A stretch of 64,000 bases of DNA from Hormiphora californensis (taxonomy: Eukaryota; Animalia; Ctenophora), in contig CM035353.1 in NCBI GenBank assembly GCA_020137815.1, positions 1,240,001 to 1,304,000 on the forward strand. Reading direction: 5' to 3'. The position numbers and the translations under genes are program-made. Positions 35,997-54,672 of this stretch are shown here, in pieces. The notes beneath the pieces are model-generated. The model ran no database searches and was not told where the DNA came from. It worked only from the letters and a program-made list of their open reading frames with translations. The number at the start of each line of letters is the position of its first letter. Within the stretch, counting starts at the first letter, position 1.

Positions 35997-37381
35997 CAGT
36001 AGGGGAGCCACAGGTAATATGGGATACCTAACAACTTTTGGCCATAATTTTTTTCAGATGACAATAAAGTCACGCCGTCTTCATAGGTGTGTCTTATTTG
36101 GACCAAGCTAACACATTACCACCAAAACTAACCCAACGAATGCTCCATAACGGAGATCTGGCACTATCCCATATTACCTTGAAAATTTGCAGTGGAATTT
36201 TAGTTTGGTAAAATGGGATACCCATTTTTAACGAAAATGGGATATCCCATTTTATCAAAAAATTGGTATCCCATTTTATCAAAATTATTTTTTCGTCAGA
36301 ATATGGTAACTTTATTGCACTTTGCTTGGATTAAACTAGTTTGTGATGGTATTTAAGTTTTGTTTATTTATTAGTAAGTGGTCTGAAGACTCACGCTATA
36401 GCCGACAGCCGTGAAATCATGAAAAGTTAGAAACAATCTATCTAATTTATTCACCAACGGGTGGTTAAAGCCTCATTTAACACTACTAATTTCAACAGAA
36501 GGGGTAAAAGCGTGAACAGGTTCATTTCCTAGCGTGGTGCTACCTGTATATAATTCCAGACAGGTCCAAAATTTAAAAATTCTCTAAAAATTGCTAAAGA
36601 ATTGGGGACCAAAGAGTTGATCGTTAACACATAAATGTGGATAATATTTAGTAATTTTGCTAAACTAAGAAAGCTACACGGATACCAGAAACCTTTTGGT
36701 GTCTATAATAGAAGATTAGATCAATGAGAATTGAATAATTATACCCACACGTGTAGTCGTATTCTGCAGTTGTCACTCGGTGCATTTTTTTCAGAGAATA
36801 CAAGTTTTTTTTCGAGTTACGAGCAAAAATAGGCTTTATTAATAATCGTAAAGTTAGTTCTGAGAAATTTGCGTTTGAAATGGCCGTTTAAACAGCCAAA
36901 ATTTCACTATCACATTTTTCCAAAACATGTTTTGGAAAAATGGGATAGTGAAATTTTGGTAAAATGGGGTATCCCATTTCAGTAAAATAAAAGTATCCCA
37001 ATATTATACCAAAATCATGAGTTTCTATAATTAGCTAATTATAATTAGACACGTTCATTCTGATGCTCTAATCTCTTCAGGTATCGCTAATAAATATCTT
37101 GCTCATAAACTAAGCCGATCGATAGGTTCTCTAGGAAACAGAGACGTGTGTACCAAATGATAAAAGTGGCCTAATTTTTCACTTTCCTTATTTCAAGATG
37201 ACGAGGGTGCTAGTGTACCATCTAAACACTTCCCACCAAGGCTATAAACGGTTTCAGAACTAATCTAAGATCACTAATAAGAGTTATTAACTATTTATGA
37301 GCCTGTAACATGGCCAATCTTTTCAAAACACCGATTTCCCATTTTACCAAATTTCCCATATTACCTGTGGCTCCCCTACTG
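35997..37381. mobile_element. Non-autonomous TIR element
   Basis: cagtaggggagccacaggtaatatggga ... tcccatattacctgtggctcccctactg, with internal tcccatttt repeats. Confidence 0.75.
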
Positions 37382-37418
37382 TTTCACCAAGTTACATCAT
37401 TCATCCACATTCATCTAG

Positions 37419-38030
37419 CTGTCTCTGTCTCTGTCTCTGTCTCTGTCTCTGTCTCTGTCTCTGTCTCTGTCTCTGTCTCTGTCTCTGTCTCTGTCTCTGT
37501 CTCTGTCTCTGTCTCTGTCTCTGTCTCTGTCTCTGTCTCTGTCTCTGTCTCTGTCTCTGTCTCTGTCTCTGTCTCTGTCTCTGTCTCTGTCTCTGTCTCT
37601 GTCTCTGTCTCTGTCTCTGTCTCTGTCTCTGTCTCTGTCTCTGTCTCTGTCTCTGTCTCTGTCTCTGTCTCTGTCTCTGTCTCTGTCTCTGTCTCTGTCT
37701 CTGTCTCTGTCTCTGTCTCTGTCTCTGTCTCTGTCTCTGTCTCTGTCTCTGTCTCTGTCTCTGTCTCTGTCTCTGTCTCTGTCTCTATCTCTGTCTCTGT
37801 CTCTGTCTCTGTCTCTGTCTCTGTCTCTGTCTCTGTCTCTGTCTCTGTCTCTGTCTCTATCTCTGTCTCTGTCTCTGTCTCTGTCTCTGTCTCTGTCTCT
37901 GTCTCTGTCTCTGTCTCTGTCTCTCTATCTCTCTGTCTCTGTCTCTGTCTCTGTCTCTGTCTCTGTCTCTGTCTCTGTCTCTCTCTCTGTCTCTGTCTCT
38001 GTCTCTGTCTCTGTCTCTCTCTCTGTCTCT
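37419..38030. repeat. (CTGTCT)n microsatellite, about 610 bp
   Basis: Direct reading. Confidence 0.97.
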
Positions 38031-38861
38031 AGACAAACACCTGGGTAGATGTGACCTGTAACTGCAGCAGTGCTGTTGTACTTTCCATGCTGCTGTACTT
38101 TCCAGTGCTGCTGTACGTTCCATGTCCAGAAGTGTGGTAAAGGCGGACGGGATCCCATGTCACACAACTCCCCCACACAGGAGGCGTTCTCACCCCTTTC
38201 CATGCCCCCAGACAGCTGCATGCTGTGACCCAATCTTTGATCCATCGACCATCGCTTCATGTTTTTGTCCATGGAATCTGATTAGTACAGCAATTTCTCA
38301 CCCATTATACCATTTTACACTGAGCAGACAGGGCATGTCTACTCACGCTCAAATTAATAGTGTAACCCAAGACCTAATATGTCATTTTGTATCAAATAGT
38401 ACATGACCTCTCTCGCACTACACCTTTCATATCGAGCTCTATCCCTCCATATGATATGTGTATCTCTCCCTTTCCAATGTATCTATCTCCCTCTCTGATA
38501 TGTGTATCTCTCCCTTTCTAATGTATCTATCTCCCTCTCTCCCTCTCCGCAACTGCCGGTTCATTACCAACTATAGTTGTTTAATTTTAACTTATTGCCG
38601 TTTAACACTTATAACTAGCTATACAGTATGATCAGTGATCATCGATCACTGCAGTCCGGCACTAACAAACAGCAACGATTCAATTTGTTCGCGTATCGAT
38701 TATTATTTGTAGGGGATAGGGTGCTTATTTATAGGGACTTTGTCTAACTTTTATAAGGTGTACTGATTAGAACGAATTCCCCTTCACTCTTTGTGCATTG
38801 TTGCCCATAGCTATAGACTCTGTTTCGCGCGAGAACATAACAAGTGTTAGGCAGCGGATTA

Positions 38862-39070
38862 CGGGGGCCCGGATGAGACGCCCGTACCAGTCGCCCGTAC
38901 CAGTCGCCCGTACATTTGCTTTGCGCATTACGTTTCACCACAACAAAACACATGTGCGTAACGCGCATGTACCTTATTTGTGGTGAAAGTGCGATGAAAC
39001 GTAATGCGCAAAGCAAATGTACGGGCGACTGGTACGGGCGATCTATACGGGCGATCTATTCGAGCCCCCG
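38862..39070. mobile_element. Palindromic MITE with cgcccgta subterminal repeats
   Basis: ta|cgggggc...gcccccg|ta, inverted over its whole length. Confidence 0.7.
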
Positions 39071-39635
39071 TAATCCCCCGTGTTACTGCATTAGTGGTTG
39101 TTGCTTTGTAATTTAAACTGAGCGCTATTATATCAGTACATTATGTAATTTTAGGAGTAATAAATTGTAAAATATGAGGCTTCAAAAGCAATTCTCACTT
39201 TCCACTTTCTACCCGGCCCGTCCGGCTAACTTAACAAGGGGTAAATTATAGGGGGATTTTATCTTGTAAAGAGACACAATTGTTCCTATTTTAGGAGATT
39301 ACGAATGTGTGATATTATTATATGCTTCGTTTAACAATTTAGACAGCTGCTGATGGGAAACAATCGCCGCTATTTAATATACTTTTGTACTTTATTCAGA
39401 GGAATGGAATATTCCTCAACCTTTTTACCAACCTAGTTTACCACTTTGGTTATCAAGTCACCCAGCTATAATTATTGCATATAATAGAGCTTGCGTGGAG
39501 GGGTAATTTCTCTACCAATTTACCACTGTTATCTGCTTTCTTTGTGCCCTGCACTGTTGAAAACTGTGTGTTTTACCCTTAATTGTTCAGTATTACACAG
39601 GCCAAACAACTGTTAATGTATTCCAATATAGTTCA

Positions 39636-39816
39636 ATGAACAGAAGTAGCAGCAAGAGACGCAGTCTGGGAGCAGATGGGCACTATAAGAAGCCCTCTCT
39701 AACAAACAACTCAGATATTGGTCTGGACACAGTGAAACAGAAACTCAGAGAGGATGCAACATCCCCACCGACCTTCTTATCCAGAACTCTTCATGGCTCC
39801 CTGCGACGCAAAAAAG
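39636..39816 (+). CDS. Candidate first coding exon MNRSSSKRRSLG...LHGSLRRKK (60 aa), phase-1 donor
   Basis: ATG-initiated coding-like island in AT-rich flanks, ending AAAG|GTTTTT (weak donor). Confidence 0.45.
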
Positions 39817-40786
39817 GTTTTTGAATATTATGATGAATATAATGATACTCATAATAATTACCATATGATATCATATATTATATAGTTAGGGGTAATAACG
39901 CCAAATATCGCCTTTACTGTGTGATAGTGCATGCAGAATCCAACCGTTTTAGAAAAATCCGTATATAAGTGGGGAATAGCTGGGTGGGGGGGGGGGGATT
40001 TGAATAGCAAACTTGTATTTTAAACGAGCACGTGTGGGAATATTTTACTGTGCGCCACGTGTTGTACACGCCCCCTCTCACCTCACGTTGTGTGACGTTA
40101 GAAGGAGCGAGAGGGAACATGTTCACTTGGGGGCAGTTTGGTAATACGCAATTCAAAATAGTTTAGTCCTTTTTTTTTGTCTTACCGCAGTAAAGCGTTC
40201 TCGGAATGCTACTATTACAGGGCTGTCCCCCATTTTACCAGTCCCTGTCATCCCTGTAATATATAGGATGTAATAGCCCGGGAGAGCTGCTGACTACAAT
40301 CAGATCACACTGAGAAGCGTCAGATCAAATTGATGTGGAAGCTGCATGTCTGTTTATGTAGTCAAGAAGAGACAGTTGTATGAGATCATAGAGGCTATAT
40401 ATCTCTTGTCTCACCTCCCTATCTCTCTCTTGATCACTCGAGGGAGATAGATATCTATCTTATATATATAAGGAGAGAGATAGGTAGTTAAAGAAGGTGT
40501 AATAGCTAGTGTTTGACTGTGGTCCCTATCTACTACCACTAATATGATTGAAAAATGGGGTAGAAGAAATTGCACATGTTCAGAGATATGTATCAGATAT
40601 GATGTTTCATCTGGTATAGTAAACTATCTCACTCTATAGCTTGTCCCTGATCTTACCCTCTTTGGTAGTTACAGGAACCCAAATCATATAATGTCCTTTA
40701 AGTAATGGAAAGCAATTAGGTACATCCACAATGACAAAAACACATGGTGTTCACCGATCTTTGATCTTTCCAGTTCCTTTTATTTA

Positions 40787-40891
<105 letters not shown>

Positions 40892-42230
40892 CCCCTCTCT
40901 CTCATACCCCTGATTGGTTCGCCCAACTGATATCCTCCGTGTCTCTCGATGCACACAGGACTCAAAGTAGTAATATATGTGTCATCTCGCTGCCCTCATT
41001 TTATGCACAGAGAGAGAGAAAGGAGCGATGATCAGAACGAGATTGAACACCCATCATGTTGTGACCTGATAGTATTTATATAGAAACAGCTTCAATAACG
41101 TGTATCAGAAATAATGAAAGCTTGACTTTTTTTCTTAGCTTTGTGGGAAATTTCTATGTAATATGAGCTATAAAGAGTATTATGAGTTGTACCTATATAT
41201 TGACGTTGCGTCACTCACTAGCTCAGCTCAGTTACAGTACCTATACGGTAACCTACTACTATACGTCTACATTTCCTCACCGCGGCGGCCTGCTATAAAC
41301 ACATGTGGAGCACCAATAGTGCTGCAATGGAGCTGCACCATGTGCTGCACCATGTGGTGGCGTTTGAGCTATGATCTGTATCGCTGACTTGCCCTGGATT
41401 AGGTTTCACATGACTATATCAAACTACTCTTTTCTCTCTACTTTCTGTAAATTCACAGCCCCCTTCCTCCCGGCGGGTGATTGTCTTGGTTTTGGATTGG
41501 GCATTGTAATTCTACTATTTATTACATCTTAGAGCTTCACACACAGAGAATTTGAGGTTGAAATATTCCTCGTGAGACGTGACTGCTATAAACCTAGAGT
41601 TAACACAGTACGTGTAGGGGCAGAGTTAGTGGGGGCAGTGATATAGACTAGGTAGCTCATGTCTAAGCAGTAGTTTCGAAATTGCTACTTTGACATGAAC
41701 AATCACTATGACGCGATAGCTACCATATATTAAAACTATATCAATATAAGTTCTACTTTATATAGACTAGCTGGGCCATTCAACTAGTTAACTTTCCCCT
41801 CATGTCAATTAGAGGCGCATCTCTATAAGGAAGATGTAGCTGCAAATGCATTCATGTGTTCCAACGTGTCTTCCAAAAAGGATTAATTGAGAGGACTCTA
41901 TATGTACCCTGCATGCAGCATAAAACCCCCTCAATTAATCCTATTCGGAAGGCGAGCTGGAAAACACTGATTGGCCGTTCTCTCACAAACATACTTCTAT
42001 ATAGATCAATATATCGATCAATGACGTATGACATGAGTAAAAAAGAGATTTAGCACACAAAGTGTTAGTGACCTTGGCGGGGGACTTTTTCTACCCGTGT
42101 TCAACACCCTTTTTTACGGCGGCGCCCCCTTCGAAGGCCTTCCTCCCCTAGTATCACACTAGAACGGAAGATCCACGTTCATAAAGTACAAAAGAGTAAA
42201 ATACGGAGCATTTTTATACGTTCAGTGAAC

Positions 42231-46320
<4,090 letters not shown>

Positions 46321-47842
46321 ATTCCATAAGATTTGCAAATCTGCCCTACATGTATTTGTACGGTTGTAATGTTCTAATTCTCTAACGAGGAGGAGCTCGC
46401 GAAAAGGGGGTCGAGCAAGGGGAGAGATTATATATTGAAATCCAATCTAAAAACTTTGTATGGTTGTCCCCGTGTATTTTATTGCATGTCGCGTAGTAAA
46501 TTCCGTGATAACTCGGGTAGGGTACTTTACAATTATTGCAATATACGATAAAACTCCCGTATTAGGTTATTACATGTACAGGTATTATACTGAGACCGCC
46601 TTTCAACATCTTGTTTTAATTTAATGCGTTTTATTGAACACAAGTAAATGCAGTCTCCATCCAAAGAGTTAATGCCTAGATCTCTGCGTTCCTACATGTA
46701 TCTGTGTTTCGTTGTGATTTTAATGCGAACTGCAATTAAAAACTCTAAACCTGCCTGATATTGTAAAATAAGATGGTCCTTGTCATCACAAAGCTTTCTG
46801 CATACAGCTTGAGAAAAGAAAAAGAGATAGAGAGAGGGAGAGATAGAGGGAGAGAGAATTCAACGGCTTAAATAATGAACGATAAAAGAAAGTTGATTTT
46901 GAGTAGTTTCTTTCCTACTACTAGCTTGTTACAACTACATTATATTTTGTTGCAACGTGTCCACTTATTCAGTCCAATTACTAGTATAATAGCTATAATA
47001 TTAGCTTAGTAGTATCTACCCATGCGGTAATAAACTCTGATTTTTGCTGAGTTTATGGTTTAAGTCGAGTACTTGCACGTGCATACAATTATAAGAGCTC
47101 TGATTGGCTGGGTTTTAGTTAAGATTTAACACGCAGTACGAGCTGGCAGATTCTAAAAATAATTTAACCTAGTTTAACCTTGAATCTTTGATTCAAAGAT
47201 TGGCCAATCAGAGGCTGCAGACCTCTGATATGCGTGTTAAAGCAAACCACACCCGAACCATAAAATAATCACTAGAGCCATATGTTGTTCGTATTGTGCT
47301 TGATGCTCTGAATAGCTGCTGAGGCGGGAAGACAATAAGACATTCTCGATCATTCCCGTATATCACTCAAAAGTCAAATTAGGTATAGAACAAATCCTCG
47401 TGATTTAGTAACCGTGAGCCGTTACTGAAACCTGCGATCTGCAGGTATCAGTGGAAAATAGCCATGGCCTAAACCTGAGGTTCAGGCACGACTGTTTTCC
47501 CCAATATTGTAAGAAAAGTCCGTGAAATGGGGGAAAAATTAGTACAACTTTACGCTAAAAATGGCGGTTCTATTCTACTTTATCCATATTTATCGTTTCC
47601 CCAAGAAGCAGGTACATACTTTAATAAATAGTTCAGTATACTATTCCAGCCTCTTTCATTCTGTCGTTAATTGCTGTATTTTATCTAGCATTCTGACGAG
47701 TAACAATAAATAAATACAGCTGTATTATTTCGTTGTGACGAGTAACAATATAATTTTTATAGCCATTTGGACATTGCTGTTGGAATATATTTTCAAACTT
47801 CAGTAGGCCCCGCATGTAATAATAACATGATTGTATTTTTAG

Positions 47843-48604
47843 CACAAAATACTACTGAACACATGGACCCTACTAGTACTACTGAACCCATGGTCCTGAC
47901 TGATGGTTCCCCAACTCACCCTGAGACTCTAGCTGGTCTCTCAACTTCAGAATGGGACGACGATGATGGTGGTGGTGGTGGGTGTACCCCTCTAATTACT
48001 ATTTCTCCGGACGCTTCCCCGACATTTAGATCTGAATCTCCAGTCATGTCAGAGCCTGAGCTCCGTTGTCCCTCCCCCATTTACCGTGGCTTCTCCACCT
48101 CTCCTTCCCTTCTCTCATCTCCAGACCCATCTCCCTCCCCCAGACTTGCCTCCCCTATTCGCCATGAGAGGAGTGTGAGCGATGGAAATATCAGCCCCAT
48201 TTCCCGACTTGCCATGCCCTCTTTATCCCTGGTCCTCTCCCCTCCAATAACAGCGCCAGTAGACCCCCTTGAGGATGCAGGTGGTTACCTTGACAACCGG
48301 TCCATACGGAGATCCTCGAGTTTTACACTCACACCCTGGTTACGACAACTTAACAACAACAGCGACTCCCCCGATGCGGCATCTCCTCCTTCAATCAAGC
48401 GGTCCTTGTCCTTTAAAGTCAGCCGGTCATTTCGGGAGTCCCGCTCAATCAGTTGGGACCTCCTGAAGAATAGTTTTAGGAGTACAAATAAGGACAACCA
48501 GGGTAAAAAGGAGGCTCAGGCTAACCAGCGGAGACGGGTTTCTATAGCCACAGTGATGTGGAATGATGGGATCAAGTCACCCTCCACCTGCAATTCAACC
48601 AGTG
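47843..48604 (+). CDS. Large Ser/Pro-rich coding exon (762 nt, phase 1-1) of an unidentified gene
   Basis: Open frame of more than 250 codons. Acceptor tatttttag|CA at 47842/47843 and donor AGTG|GTAAGT at 48604/48605. Basophilic kinase-type motifs RRSSSF, KRSLSF, RRRVS. Could alternatively start at its own ATG (47828 or 47863). Confidence 0.72.
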
Positions 48605-48945
48605 GTAAGTAAAGTTTTTGGGAGGGATCAAGTCACCTACCTGCAAATCAACCAGTGGTAAGTACAGTTTTTGGGGGGGATCAAGTCACCCACCTGCAAT
48701 TCAACCAGTGGTAAGTTTTTGGGGGGGATCAAGTCACCCACCTGCAATTCAACCAGTGGTAAGTTTTTGGGAGGGCTCAAGTCACCCACCTGTAATTCAA
48801 CCAGTGGTAAGTACAGTTTTTGGGAGGGATCAAGTCACCTGAAAATCGAGTGGTAAGTACAGTTTTTGAGAAGGATCAAATCACCCACCTGCCAACCAGT
48901 GGTAAGTACCTACAGTTTTTGGGAAGGATTAAGTCACCCTGCAGT
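48567..48945 (+). repeat. 46-53-bp tandem repeat spanning the exon end and splice donor (7 GTAAGT donors)
   Basis: gtg|gtaagt with the GT at 48605, 48658, 48711, 48759, 48807, 48853 and 48902. Confidence 0.9.
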
Positions 48946-49071
48946 CTGCAAATCTTATTGCAACTGCGGTAGTAAGTTGGGAATGTTTTAATATTATTAT
49001 AATACTTCTCAGTTTCACAATTGATCGATGGGAATATATGCAGTAAGCAGTCTTATTATAAAAGACTGCTA

Positions 49072-49925
49072 CAGTCAGACCCCGATTTAACGGCACCCTC
49101 GGGGGAAAGGGTTTTGTCCGTTAAATCGGGGTGTCCGTTAAATCGGGGTAGAGCATATTTGGTCCATAAAACCCTATTTTTGTCCAAAATGCTATACTAA
49201 AACACCTCTAAGTGTTAAATGCAATGTCCATGTATTGATTACATGATCATTTCTGATTAGAAAAAGAAAATAATTTTTTTTAAAAATCAAAAAAAGTTAT
49301 GAAAATTTTCTAAGGTACAACCATGTCCGAATCGTTTATTGAACCGGTGCATCTTATCGCATGTCTTGCTGCTAATTAGACGGTTCGAAACGAACCGATA
49401 CGTGATACCATGCCGAATCGGGGCACTTTAAGCGGGGTGAGGAAGAATTCGAATTTCAAAATATCTTTTTCTCTGAAAATTCATGGGGAGCACCGATCAA
49501 AGCAATGACAATCATTCTGTAAAATTTTGCAAAAAAAGTTATGAAAATTTCTCAAAGGTATATCAACCACGTCCGAATCGTGTTTCTAATCAGTGCAGCT
49601 TATCGCACGTCCTGTCGCTAATTAGACGGTTCGAAACGAACTGATACGTGATCCCCATGGGACCAGTTAAGTTTACCAAGCGTCAAAATTGCGATTCGAT
49701 GGGCCTCATGGGGATCACATATCTGTTCGTTTCGAACCGTCTAATTACCGGCAAGACATGCAATAAGATTCACCGATTCGAAACAAGATTCGGACGTGGT
49801 TACCTTTCAAAAATTTTCAAAAAATTTTCAAAAAAAAAATTTTCAAAAAATTGTTGGGGGAAATTTATCCTGCCGTTAAATCGGGGTGCCGCTAAATCGG
49901 GGGCCGTTAAATCGGGGTCCGACTG
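49072..49925. mobile_element. pogo/Tigger-like non-autonomous element, TA TSD
   Basis: TA|cagtcagaccccgatttaacggc...gccgttaaatcggggtccgactg|TA. Same terminus family as 13229 and about 18873. Confidence 0.85.
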
Positions 49926-49984
49926 TATATGTATATGCAGTGAGCAGTCTCATAAAGTCCGATTTTTAATAATGTGAACCGGGG

Positions 49985-50716
49985 ATGCGCTATACTAAAG
50001 CATTTTATTTGGGTCGAGCAAGGCTCTATATGTGCTATAACACCGGTGTGTATCTGTATATCGCGCCCCGCGCGGGGTGCGATATGCACGCATATCGGCT
50101 CCTTGCGGAGCAAGGAGACGATATGCAATATATCGCCCCGAACGTAGTGAGGGCGATATATTTGATACACATAAGGTGTTATAGCATATAACGCCCACTG
50201 CAAGCAAGGAGAGAACAACACTAATCCCCTTTCAAGTTTTTCAACTCAATTTGACAAACTATTGAACGTCATCAAAGTTTCACAGTTCAACAACAAACAA
50301 TTACACAGAGAGAGACAGGCAACACAACTCATGCCAATCCTTCAAATATGTTCCCTTTTCAACTCCAGACATGTCTAGACACTCACACACACACAAGCGA
50401 ACTATTGGGTGCTAATTAAATAGAGAGAGATACGGATTACCAATGTCTCTCTTGTCTCTCTCTCTTGTCGCCATTCTGCCGCCCCTTGTTAACAATTGTT
50501 GTGTCAATCTCCCTTTCTTTTTGCAACAATGTGTACACAACAGTACACACACACACATAAGAAAGGATTTCACACCTTTTTTGAATGAACTCTTGTGTGT
50601 AATAAACTACACTTTTGGAGCGTGTGATATGAGATTTATCATCTCGGATGCAGTCATATCAGCCCGCTACCGCGCGGGTGATATTTGTCTAAAAAAAGCG
50701 CAGTGGGCGTTATAGA
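49985..50716. mobile_element. Non-coding element with the same architecture as the 42-46 kb unit (Crypton-like)
   Basis: Hairpin module atatcgcgccccgcgcggggtgcgatat and atatcgccccgaacgtagtgagggcgatat, then inverted repeats tataacgcccactgc (about 50187) and gcagtgggcgttata (about 50700). Confidence 0.45.
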
Positions 50717-52917
50717 TAGTTAACGTGACAGCTTTCACTGTGTTGCCTGCCGCGGAGTTGTTGTACGGAGATCGGAACCATGTTGTCAGACATTGATAAC
50801 ATGGTTCGGAATACGCCGCGAGACTCGACTAACCGATCTCCGTCTAGTATTAACCTTCCTTTACATTTGTTTCCCGTGTGGGGCATGACGTAAAACAGGG
50901 TCGAGTAGGGCAAGGTATTCTTGGTATGTGCAATTCCCCGAATCACGAACAATCATGTAGGACAGGGGTTTGTGATTTAAGAGACGCTCACTTGGCTCGT
51001 AGAATATATGTGGAGCAGAGAATGCTAGAAAAAGAAAAGGTGCCGCTTTGACTATAAGTTCTGCAGAGGGAACGAGTTTTCCTCTTGTCTATCTCTCTAT
51101 CTCTCTTTCTCTCTGTCTCTGTCTCGAGATGGATCCATCTCTTGCCTCTTTATCTCTCCTCCTTTCTTCAACTTACCCACCTGTTCCTTGTCTCATAAGA
51201 CTGTCCTTTCTGGCATCACAGCGTGTGAGATGTTATCTTAGTCAGTGACTGACAACCTAGGTTCCTCAAAAAGTCAATAATAGGAAGAGAGAAATTCGAA
51301 CTATAATACTGTGACAGTGTGACAATTATGTCTTGACCACGAAGCAGCCCCTCCCGAATCGGTACTGCATATAGGTACTTCCAATAGTTTGCTATATCGA
51401 CCATGCCTTTCATAGTCAGAACTATCCTTGGGGACCATCATTATAAGCGATAAGGATCCGGACGATAGATAAATAATCGATTGCAATCATGCTGAAGAAA
51501 GGATTGCCAGCCCCTCAAAAACCCTGGTCAGTTATTGTGCCGTATATGACATGAGACGTATTATAATATGCAGCAGCCGACAGTCCGACACACGACAGTC
51601 TGGTGCAGTGTTGAAAGATAAAGTCCAGAGGACTAAACATTATATATATTGTATACACTCGTGACTGTGTTAACTTTGGGATAGTATTGTAGAGTGAGCT
51701 AGAGCTATATAGTGCATATACCACCTTAGCCCGAAATTTTCAAAGGAGACGTAGGGACATAACAAGCTATGTATTTAAGTTCCCGACCTATAGTTAGGGA
51801 CGATTATAATGGTCTGACCGGGAAAAGGTTTGCAACGCAACAAGCTAATGGCGGAAAACAGCCGTACTGAACTGAACTCCAGTACGCTGACTACTTACTG
51901 AAGGAAAACTGATTCAGTTATTTTCAGTGAACAGCCGTACTGTACTCGAAACTCCATTCTTACAATTCCTACAATCAAAAATCCAAACCTAGCAGCACGC
52001 AAGCACGTCCTCTTCTCTCTCTTATTCCTTCTCTCTCTCTCATATCTCTCTCTCTCTCTCTCTATCCTCTCACTCTCTTCGCCCTCTCTCTCTCTCTCTC
52101 GATCTTTCGAAAAAGCATGTGTACGGAGATTTGAGATTTCTGTGTGATCAGAAACGACCTTCCCGATGAGATAAAATTCTCAAATTTGAAATAATGGTTG
52201 TTCATGCCATAACCAACATAACTGCCAAGTTTCAACATTTTAGCTCATCAGGAAGTTGGTTTTCCACGTCATAAATGTTTCGAGAGATCGTCAAAATGGC
52301 GATTTCTCAAATTACCTGTAAACTACGCTTTGAAGGGTTTGTTACAGATGATTCTGTGATTAGAATTGAGATTATCGGAGTGTGAAACAAAGTTAATTTC
52401 GTTCAAAATCGTCTGAAAAATCATTCTATCGCTGCCCCGAAGCTGTATCTCAATAAGAAGAGGCGCTAGAGGTGCTAGAAAAGTGTGAAAATTTCAAGTA
52501 CTACATGCTTTGGTAGGTCAAGAGGAAATTATGCGATATCGCAATGAAAATGAACTTTTTAGTTTTCCCCGTTGTGTTATTCTGATTCAAAATTGTCTGA
52601 AAAATCGTTCTATCACTGGCCTGAAGCTGTATCTCAAGCGGGGCCGGCGCTAGAGCTCACAGAAAATTGTCCAGATTTTTAGTTGTCACCCGTTATTCAT
52701 GCCTGTTTTCCATGTGATGTAGTGTGGTTAACACCATAAACAACATTGCATAATATATGTTGAACATGTTTCTGTATAGTTTTTAATAGCTTGAAACGAT
52801 CATATTCTAGGTTCTGGCCTAGGTACTTGCAAGTACTCTCTCTCTCTCTCCGTCATGTTTCTCACCACACACCTATTGCAGCAGTAAAAAGTATCTCGTT
52901 CTCCGGAAGTAGGTTAA

Positions 52918-53638
52918 GGGTACACCTGGCGTTTTTCATCATCGAGTGCCCAACCAAATGACTTCACCAGGGTTTAGGTCATACAAAATGGACCTCAAAT
53001 ATGCAATTTTAGCCCTAAAGTCGAATTCATATTTTTGCTACAGCCTATTTTCAAAGTGGCGTTTTTTCAATTTTTGTTGGAATTTTTAACCTCAGGACCA
53101 CTTTTTTTGAGATAGAAACATTAAATTCTTGGAATTTGAAGAAAATATAAAGGTGAATAAGCCCAAAGAAGGATTTTTGAAATGGAGCTTATTTCTGGCC
53201 ATGAGAAGGGTTTACTTTTTTGCTTCTTTGACACGCTGGCTGAGAATGTTCCCATGCTTCATTAGAGATGAAAATCTGGAAATAGTTGCTCAAAACGATT
53301 ATCTATGTGGCCCAAAAATTTTGGAACTTTCCCGCCAAAGATGTGGTGTACAGAGCTTGTTTTGTGAAACCCGTCTTTTTGAAAAAGAGAGGAATTCCCT
53401 GTATCTCCAAAACGGATGATCGTAGAGACCTGGGACCAAGCTTAATCGATTCAGAAGGTCCGATTTTGGGGGGTCTTCTGAGAGACATTTTGCTCCTACT
53501 CCAACCGTTAGGCTGTAGCAAAAATATGAATTCGACTTTAGGGCTAAAATTGCATATTTGAGGTCCTTTTTGTATGACCTAAACCCTGGTGAAGTCATTT
53601 GGTTGGGCACTCGATGATGAAAAACGCCAGGTGTACCC
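52918..53638. mobile_element. Kolobok-type non-autonomous element, TTAA TSD, ~130-bp TIRs
   Basis: TTAA|gggtacacctggcgtttttcatcatcg...cgatgatgaaaaacgccaggtgtaccc|TTAA. Confidence 0.85.
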
Positions 53639-53660
53639 TTAATATACTCCACAGAAAAGA

Positions 53661-53757
<97 letters not shown>

Positions 53758-53780
53758 ATCTCTCCTCTCTCTCCTCTCTC

Positions 53781-53888
<108 letters not shown>

Positions 53889-54370
53889 GCTTCGTGTCAT
53901 CACTTATAAAGATCTCTCGCTGAATTGCCTTTCTGATTATAAACGGCGACCTGACTGCACCCTAGACTCGGTAAATATACTGACTACCGAGCCAGATTAT
54001 CATTTTGGTGTCTATTTTTCAGCTTTTGCTGCTGCAGGTGTAGTCGACCTTGCAAATTTATATGAGTGATTAATGAGTGCAATGAAGTGAGTTCTGAATT
54101 TGTTTTGTTCAAATCATTTCTTATTCTTGCGTGTTGTTGTTGGTTGGTAATTACGAATTTGATAGACGTCCTCAGAAAGGCAATAGTATATAGAGGGGGG
54201 GAAACGGATTAGACACAGATTCTAGTAAATGCATGAATTCACATTGAACTGCTTTATGACACTCACGTCGCCGTGTCATTTTGAAGTTCGGAGGTAATTA
54301 CTCCGTTGCAATATATTTTATAAATTCTTCAATTAAAGATAGATAGATGGATAAAAAAAGAGAGAGAGAG

Positions 54371-54417
<47 letters not shown>

Positions 54418-54672
54418 ACTAGAAAGGGAGAAAGTGGTTCGTCACCTGACAGAAACAAACAACTTTAACATGTGCCATGGCTTGCCATCGAGAGCTATAT
54501 TCTCTTTGCATATCATATTGGCATGTTACGTTTCCCTCTCCCTCATATTATTCACTATTCAATTCCTGTATATTTTTAATTTCTGGCTACTTCATGAAGT
54601 AGCCATGTAAGTTCAGCATATATCGTTTATCATATTAGGCACACTCATATCATGTTAAATGCATATGTTATT

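Noticed and set aside
37310-38272. Poly-SV, poly-ET and poly-RD ORFs; likewise the poly-ER and poly-SL ORFs at 10.0, 20.2, 26.2, 43.4, 53.6 and 61.2 kb
   Set aside because: Simple-repeat translations with no coding evidence.
48567-48945. Regularly spaced repeats resembling a CRISPR array; also 27285-27810
   Set aside because: No unique spacers, no cas genes, eukaryotic context.
51425-51724. Minus-strand peptide FFSMIAIDYLSIV, reminiscent of GPCR TM3 near the DRY motif
   Set aside because: The Arg is missing, stops flank it, and no other helices are recognisable. A translated HMM search would be needed.
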